NCBI RefSeq assembly: GCF_963921235.1
Contig: NC_086097.1
Coordinates: 58,034,001-58,094,000 of the forward strand
Source of the DNA: Mobula hypostoma
Lineage: Eukaryota
Length of the DNA stretch: 60,000 nt
Reading direction: 5' to 3'
Below the pieces are notes generated by a model. It searched no databases and was not told the origin of the DNA. It worked only from the letters and a program-made list of their open reading frames with translations. Within the stretch, counting starts at the first letter, position 1. Each line of letters starts with the position of its first letter. Made by a program: the position numbers and the translations under genes. Shown here piece after piece: positions 51,813 through 60,000 of this stretch.

Positions 51813-53024
51813 CTTGAAGGGCGTGAATACTTATACAATCAATTATTTAGTGTTTTATATTTGTAATTAATTTAGACCTCATTGTAGAGATTTGTTTTCA
51901 CTTTGACATGATAGCTTGCAACCTTTGGAGTATGTTCACAGCCTATCTTTGGCCCTTTTTTGGTCCCTACCTGTCTCCTGCTTTGCAATGAGATCAACCA
52001 TAGGCACATTAGCAGGATAATGTAGATTTACTCTACAGTCACCTTTTGTAGTCTCTCTTTTGGCATGACTGATTTATTTCAAAACATATCTGAAATCCAG
52101 GAATTTCAGATTCTTGTCTTCAGGACCTACAACAAGTTCTGGCTGTAACTTCCACTGAATTCCATTTCCTAGCAAATACCTCATGCTAAGCTAGTTTAGT
52201 TATAAACTAGATCTTGTGCTTGCTACCAGGGTGTATACTGACCACACGTCTGTGCTGTTAGCAGTATGGTGCATTTCCAGCTGCATGTTCAACCCCAACT
52301 TTGTCTCAGCTCTTCTGTCCCTGAAACTTTCAACAATGTCTTTATTTGCTCTTGATTTGACTTGACAAACCTCCTCTGTTCCACCCTTTATAAACCTGCG
52401 CTCATTTAAATCGAATCTGTCCTTAATCAACCTCTCACCAAGTCCCTTCTGTCAATTCTCTAATTCTTATTGTTTTTAAATTACTTCATGGCCTTGCCTG
52501 CTGGTCCTAGCCATTTTCTTTGCACTGTCGAACATCCCCACTTTTAAATTACATTAACAACAGAGCAAGGTACTCCTTAATTGCTTTCCCAAAATCTTGT
52601 ACTACTCTCTGAAAGTAGATCGTCAGGGACATAAAATGCAAATCTGAAGCAAGGAGAGCTTTCATAGCACGTGCAAATTAATTGTCAATACCATGTAAAC
52701 AATTTACTAATGTTTGCCCTAATTCTGCCATTGTGAACTGCCATTCGTATTTAAAAGATAATTATATCAAAGGTCATTTATGTTAGTACAATAATGTTAA
52801 ATGATTGTCAGATTCTTTTTCCAATTTATATTTGAATTTCTCGTTCTCTTGAACATGGATCTTCATGAGTAATTTGCTGTGGTTTACGCTGCATTCTTCT
52901 TTATTTTATCACACCTATACTACTACCTGATAGGTTTCCTAGTCGGAATCACATGACTAATCTTTTCAGGGACAATGATAATCAGAGCGATAGCAGCCAA
53001 ATCTGTCTGAATCAAAGATATTCT

Positions 53025-53038
53025 GTGCCACCTGCTGG
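53025..53038 (-). promoter_or_regulatory. CTCF-like motif
   Basis: Reverse complement CCAGCAGGTGGCAC fits the CTCF core consensus and lies in non-repetitive sequence. Confidence 0.35.
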
Positions 53039-54399
53039 TACTCACCAATGTATGTACCAATTTTCAGCAGGGTCCTTGTGAAGGCTACATCAGAGTGAAT
53101 ACACAAATGTGAAACATGAACGCCTGACAAATGTTGATATAGTATGCTTCCTCAGAATGGCTGACGACATGTAAATTATTCAGTGTCAACCACGAGGAAG
53201 ACATACTAATCGACAGGCAGCATAATCTGAATGGATAAACCAGCCATAACGTGTTGGAGTCTTTTTCTTACTAATATATTGGTGACAAAAATGCTGGATG
53301 TACCAGTGTGGCTCTGCATAAAGGAATCACTGTTCTTCAAAAATAATGCAATATGTAACAGAGTTCAGAAAGCTGTCACATCTGCAGAATATTTTCTGTT
53401 TATTTAAAGCTGTCACATATGCATGAGGTAAAAATGATTTTTATCACGATTTTATTTTTCTTTGTGGATAAAATCCATCTGCAATGTCAGAAACGAAATA
53501 TGTCAGGATTTGAAATGGTTTCTAGTAAAATCCATCACATTATATTAGTTATATATCTTTCAATGTAGAATCCTTTGGAGCCTAAAAACATTTGTAGATG
53601 CAGATTCTGCTGCAGTAATAAATACGATTGATAAAACATCCCTTCCAATTTGTTGTTAAATTGCAATGTATTTGAGGTGAGTGTTGTCCTTTAAAATCTG
53701 AATAAATGACTTCATTGTCTGTAGCAGCATGATATACATGTAAATAGCTGCTGAATGTGTATGCTGTTCACTATTCACATTTGCCCTTTATCAAGCTCCT
53801 GATCCAACCTAGAATAAATACCTTATTTTGACACTTATATCATTACTCCACTATGCCTCTGTCTAATTTTCTGTGAATTGGCGGGATACCAAAACCATAG
53901 CAAATAGGGATATATTTCTTAGTTTTCAATAGTAAGTGCTCGCAATCACACTCCTTGAGTGATCAGTTTGTATCCAAGAGAAGACCTTGAAGTGAGGTCA
54001 AGAACATTGTGCTTTTCTGTGCTTTATGATTCAATGTTAATAAAAAAAATGAATCATAAATGAAACAGGCATACTCATTGCTTGTTTCATAACACTTCGG
54101 GCTTATTTTTTACAATTTGCTTGTACATCTCTTATGCTTACACCAGCTAGCTACCTGTGATGTAGAAAATTCCAGCAGTGGCCCTCGATTGAAATATTGT
54201 ATGTCCATCAGTACTCCCTGTAATTTAGATGTGATTATATTTAATTTCAGGGAATTGTGAAAAAGTAAACTACTGTATGTTTAAAAGGTGGCGAAACAAA
54301 AAGGATTGGATAGCAGAAACATAGCAAATTGGAGCAGGAGTGTGGCATTCTACCCTTTGAGCTTGTTCCGCTCAACGTCAAGATCATGACCAATCTAAG

Positions 54400-54925
54400 G
54401 TCCATGGCCTCCTCTCCTGCCATGATGAGGCTACTCTTAGGTTGGACGTGCAACACCTCATATTCTCTCTAGGTAGCCTCCAACCTGATAGCATGAATAT
54501 CGGTTTTCCAACTTCTGGTAAGTCCCCCTCTCACCTTCCCTCTTGTTCATTTCCTGTCTCTGGCCTCTGAACTCTTCTCCTCATCTGCCCATCACCTCCC
54601 TCTGTTGCCCTATCTCCTTCCCTTTCTCCTATGATCCACTCTCCTCTCCTGTTAGATTCCTTCTTAACCAGCCCTTTGCCTTTTCTACCTCACCTCCCAG
54701 GTTGGTACTTCATCCCTTCTCCCCCACCTATCTCACTTCACCTATCACCTTCTAGCTTGTCTTCCTCCCCCCTACCCTCCCCCCCCTCCCCATTTTCATA
54801 TTCTGGCATCTTTCTCTTTCCTTTTCTGTCCCGAAGACCGTCTCAGCCTGAAATATCAACTACTTATTCATTTCCATAGCTGCAGCCTGACCTGTTGAGC
54901 TCCTCCAACATTTTGTGTGTATTTA
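54400..54925 (+). mobile_element. Penelope 3' fragment, preceded by a short CR1 tail on the minus strand (about 54315-54398)
   Basis: HGLLSCHDEATLRL...LGSLQPDSMN, pyrimidine-rich UTR and degenerate terminal repeat. Confidence 0.85.
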
Positions 54926-56625
54926 TTAAAGTAAAGCCATTTTCCTGCACCATCCCCATATTCCTTGGTGCCCTTGCAAACATCCAGGGAACTCGGCAGG
55001 TTAGGCAGTATCTATTGAGAGAACAGTAGAGTCAAAATTTTGGGTCGAGACTTTTCTGGACTAGAAGAAAGGGAGAAACACACCCAGGTCCTGTTGAACG
55101 CAACATTGTCTGACGACATACCATCTATAAAATAAGTCTGCTTTTCTGTTTTGTGCACCAAGGAGTGCATCTCCACATTTTCCACATTATATCATGTTTG
55201 CCATGTTCTCACTCTGCTTGATAATGTCCCCTTGAAGCCTCTTTATATCCTCCTTTTCGGCTCATAATCCCATTTAGGATTGAGCTGTCAGTAAATGAAG
55301 ATAACTGACATGTTAATATGCCAAAATTAGAATTATTGTCAGACAGGGAAGAAAGATTTCATGAAAAATTAAATTTAAGTAGAGAGGCAGGAGATGATAG
55401 TAATGCATTTTCTCCAATAGGATAAATTCAAGTGGAAATGTTTTCCTGTACTGAAAATAGCTAACTTCCACTTTCTTTTTTAAATGGGGAGGAATCATAT
55501 TTGGTCTTGTGTGATAGTTACATCAATGTCAGCAGGCGGGAGAAACCTCAACTCAAACATCAATGTGTATTGGGGCACAGATACAGTTCAAATTGGAATC
55601 AAAGTTAGTTGCATCTTTCACCACTCCATTCTGTCTTCTAGTATTAATTCGGGCACTTAAATGCAGCTTACAAAAACATGGGGATTCATTTTCTCGGTGA
55701 TGTAACTGGGCCAAATTCAGAACGTAGATCCAATCTGGACTAATGCAGATCTGGTCCACAGCTGGAAGGAAATATATTCTTTAATATCTAGTCTTTAAAT
55801 ACCAGTATTTTCAATAATAACAACAATAAACTATGATACAGAGCAACTTTTATTGAAATAAACTGAACTAAGCTGGTCATTGCTCTGAGGAGATCAGAAG
55901 AGGAACTTTTGGTCTTTTGTACTGCTACCTTATTAGAAGCAATATTAGCTGCTTTGTGTGGGAAGAGAGAAGGTGTGCATTCCTTTTTGGCTGTGGTATG
56001 ACAAGTTGAATCAGATAATACTTATCTATGAAATGCAGCTTTTTAATAATGCAATACTGATGTGGTGTCATTGCAGTGTCTACTTCCATTAAACTGAGCT
56101 GCTTATGCAGTAAGGCTTCTTGTGAATTCTGTTTAGTTAATCCTGCATACATAGCAAGGGAGTTAAGATGAATTGTACTAATCCTGTAATCCTGTAAATT
56201 CTGAACAGAGAAACATGTCATGATATCTAACTGTGCAGAACACTATAATTGGCATTGATTGCCACGTCCTCTAGGTTTTCAAATCATGGTGTCAGCTCCA
56301 TCAGAGTTGTCTTTGGAGTACTTCTAATTAGCATAATTTTATTCTCCCTAATGCATTTGCATTGTTTTGTTTGTGGAAAATGTCTCACACATGCGCATGT
56401 GGATACTGAGGGATTGATTTTCAGCTGCCAACATTGCCTGGAACTCACGTGATGAACAATTACAAACATATGGACCGGTTCATATCTGAGAAACACTTTT
56501 TTCACATTCCAACGGCTTAAATCCCATCCTTGTCAAGCTACTTCTACGTTTTATTATAAGAAAAGGGCACACCATTATTTCAACACCTGCTATTTTTAAC
56601 TTTGAAGGGATCTAGGTACAGTGTA

Positions 56626-56805
56626 ATTGCAAAAACTACCAATGACAGAAATAAACTGAAATGCTCAAAACACTTAGCAGGTCAGAGAGCAATTGTAGAA
56701 AAGGGAGGAGAAGGATCTTCAGCCTGAAATGTTAGCTCTGTTTTTCTTTCCACAGATTCATAGCTGACTTGCTAAGTGTTTCCGGCATCTTCTGTTTTTA
56801 TTGGA
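56626..56805. mobile_element. Old palindromic Penelope terminal-repeat derivative
   Basis: Inverted arms aaacacttagcaggtcag and ctgacttgctaagtgttt; flanked by tacagtgta (56617-56625 and 56806-56814). Confidence 0.6.
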
Positions 56806-57533
56806 TACAGTGTAGGCTCTGGTAGTGAAAATACTCGGGGTTGACCATATAAAAAATTCAATTTATTCTGCTCCTTTAGAAATTTAGTGATAAGCTCTTA
56901 TGAAGGAAATCCCAGCAGAACAGTAGAAAAATCATCTGATATAATATGGCAATAGCCCTATTGAATAAAATATAAAATCTATTCTCTATGTACTGCATAT
57001 CTTGCTATTTCATGCTCTTGTTACTTTTAGCTATTTATTTATATTTGCATTTGCATAGCTTGCTGCCTTCTATGCTCTTGTTCTTTCACTGATCCTGTTT
57101 ACAGTTACTATTCTATAGAGATGTTGAGTATGCCGGCAGGGAAAAGAATCTCCATGTTGTATGTGGTGACATGTATGTACTCTTGTTAATAAGTTTCACT
57201 TTGAACTTCTGAACGTTAATTCTGATAATTATGCACAGGAGTAATTGATAATAAAAGTTACACTATGCAACAAGCCACCAGCCATAGGTTGGGAGGTATA
57301 CTGGCCATCCAGAATTGTTCTTGGTGTACAGTCTGTGGGGGTTATTTTTGTCTAATATGGAACATAAGACACAAGCTGGCAGCTGGCTCTGCTGGACCCA
57401 GGCTGTGATCATCATCACCCTTTACTCAAGACCGTTAAGCCAGTGGCATGTTGTGCCTCCTGTCTGCCTGTAACTGCAAGTGACAGTTGCATAACATTTC
57501 CTCCTGCGAGATTGAAGGAAGCTTGAAGAAGTG

Positions 57534-58338
57534 TGTTGTAAAGGTGTGTAGGAAAAGTCTGCCACAGATAACCACAGGTATGAGGAGCAAGATATGGATA
57601 AATGTGTTAGATGTAACTTATTGCTCTTTCTAGTTACCCTGATGTGTGGGACCAGTAAACATTTTACAACATTGAAGTGAGACCTGTTCCCCAAAGTTTC
57701 ACCTGTGGAATTTACCTCCTCCACTAGGAATCAAATCCGTAGTTGAAGGTAGTTTAGTACTTTAAAGTGAAGGGTTAGTTTACTTACCGGTCAAAAGTTA
57801 CTTCTGCCATACAAAAGCATGTCGATTTGCCCATTCAGTTGATTGGCCCATTTGAAGCATGTAGCAGCTCTTTCGCATTGGTTGCCTTGCACGCCACGGA
57901 ACTGGTTTCCAGTTCTGTGTGTCTCAGGGGTATAAGAATAGCATGTACGAGAGACTCAGTCTCCTTCCTTTGTCTATTTCACTAGGGATTCATCTTCACA
58001 CTGAGGTCATGACCAGTTCTGAAGAACCAAGGGAAAAGTATGTTTTAGACATAGGAAAGCCCATGCACATACTTAGTTAAGTACTTGTTTGTTGAATGTT
58101 TAGTTTTGTAGCTGAGTAACTTGTTAAAGCTTAACAAGGTACCTATTGAGTTTGAAGTGTTACTGAATTTTTAGTGTCATAGATTTTGTAACTTAGGGTG
58201 GCTTACTGAGTACTTGTTTGACCTAGATTTTGGTTGAGTGCTTTACTGTTTGTCTGTAAATAAATGGTTAATCTGCTCACTGGCTATCAGTGTCTTCTGT
58301 CCCATTCACTGAATCCACGAACTTGCCTCCCCGTAACA
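57534..58338 (+). mobile_element. Solo LTR (805 bp) of a third LTR family
   Basis: TGTT...AACA ends, perfect 4-bp TSD agtg, TATA-like ggtataag at about 57930 and AATAAA at about 58259. Confidence 0.8.
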
Positions 58339-60000
58339 AGTGCTTAGACTAGTACAGCATAAGAACGGGCCAGTTGGCCCACAATATCTGTGCTGACCAT
58401 TATGCCAACATAAACTCATCCCTTCTGACTGTACTTGGTCCATAACCTATCTGCCTTTTAGTTTCCTATCCATGATTTTAAAAACCTGTTTAAAAAGAAG
58501 AGAAAGTATTGTACCTGAAGATTGGTGAAAATTATAAACATAAAGGAACCAAGACTTAATGTTATAATTACAGAGCAGTCTTACAACTGGATGGAACTTA
58601 AAATGTATTGGCATAAAACCACAAAGGAGAATGTAAAGATGGATTGAAAAATAACAGGTTTTAGATTTGATAGAATAATTTTCTGATGGATGGACTTTGG
58701 GAAAACTTTACAGAACACAGTTCCTATTGTTCAACAACTAAGGTTTTAAGCAGCTCTTTAAACGTGTGTGGCATGAAGTAACATAACTTCACTTAGAATG
58801 TAATGGTATTCTTGAGAAACCTGTCAAAATTGATAGATGACGTTGTTGTGACCATGATTAAAGTCACTGGAGAGACACTGAAGCTGATGATATCGATGCC
58901 TTTATTCAGCACAACATACAGGTATTATTCTGGAGACTATCTCAGAAGAGGCTCACAAACCTGAAAGTACATCATATTTTTATACCTCTAAGGTAACAGC
59001 AGGTGATTCAATACAATTTCAATCGTTAAAGTGACATTGTTTACTTCAATATTTTGGGTTGACCAATGTGTCCTTTGAATTACATATCTACAGTGTGAGA
59101 CACCTCTGAATGTTCAAACACCTTTGCTGGAACAAACTAATTTACACAGATATTCTAAAAACTTCTGAAGATAGAAAACCAGACACCCAAGTTTGGTGTC
59201 TGCAAGCTGACTCACTGAATACATAGTAGATCAGCAATTGATTGCAACATACCTGTGACCGTGTTTGTTGTGCTAAGAGACAATATTAGCCTGGTTTGCC
59301 AGCTTGAACTTAAGTCATGATGGTGCAGGTAACTTAGCCACATTGCCTGATTTGAAGCAGGTCAATTAACACAATCCCATTGCCTTATCATTTGGCTGAT
59401 GCATATGCAAACATCTCACGGTCAGAATTTTGCCAAACATGTTTCTTAGTCTTTGGGGCAGCCTATGCTTTTAACTTCAATTTACTGGTTGAAAGTTTAT
59501 TTGAGGAACTGAATAGCTCTTGCTTGAATTAATATTTGCCATATTCATATTATTCCAGAATATTCCTTAACATACCCTCTTCTTGGCCCCTGGACAGAAA
59601 TCTGTCCCAGAAAGGCAAAATATTAAGGAGGATCTAATTTTGTCTGGCAGCAAAAATGCCCTTCTCTTCTGATCTCTTTCCCAATTACTAACCTATTATG
59701 TCCCTCTGTGTATCTACATCATTCCAGAAATTTGATTGCACCCTCGCTTTGTTGTTCATGTGCTTGTTGCCTCCTTCCCTGTTGGCCTATTGCAGTTTAC
59801 ATATCCTTACCTTCACCCCTTCAATATTTGATAGCTGAAACCCAGTAGTGGCTATCAGTAGTTACTCAGTGAACGGGGCACACCAAGGAAATTTATTTCA
59901 GATTCACAGACAACAGTTCACAATCTATGCCATGACAGTGAAAAGTCAGAAAAATTTGACAACAAGTCTCTGTCCCTTTCATCGATCTCCAAGAGAATTT

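Overview
Eukaryotic, AT-rich, repeat-dense non-coding DNA. The repeat repertoire (CR1 LINEs with 8-bp tails, V-SINE/HE1-like SINEs, Neptune-like Penelope elements) suggests a cartilaginous fish such as a ray or shark; this is inference. I see no intact host gene, and almost every long ORF is a decayed transposon ORF. The window contains CR1 LINEs (one near full length, with an esterase ORF1), Rex1/Babar-like LINEs, three or more Penelope-like elements (RT plus GIY-YIG), two Ty3/Gypsy families (one with a chromodomain), solo LTRs with clean TSDs, a Tc1 element, a Tigger4-like pogo element, MITEs and SINEs. Several of these form nested stacks that can be resolved from their TSDs. The most notable signal is a minimal hammerhead-ribozyme motif (AGTC-CTGAnGA-hairpin-GAAACGTC-GACT) in the Penelope terminal repeat. 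It recurs about ten times, including in short non-coding copies that carry their own 12-14 bp TSDs; one of these is a palindromic 281-bp unit with two motifs. Unique stretches contain candidate enhancers, a CTCF-like motif and one possible 90-bp exon.
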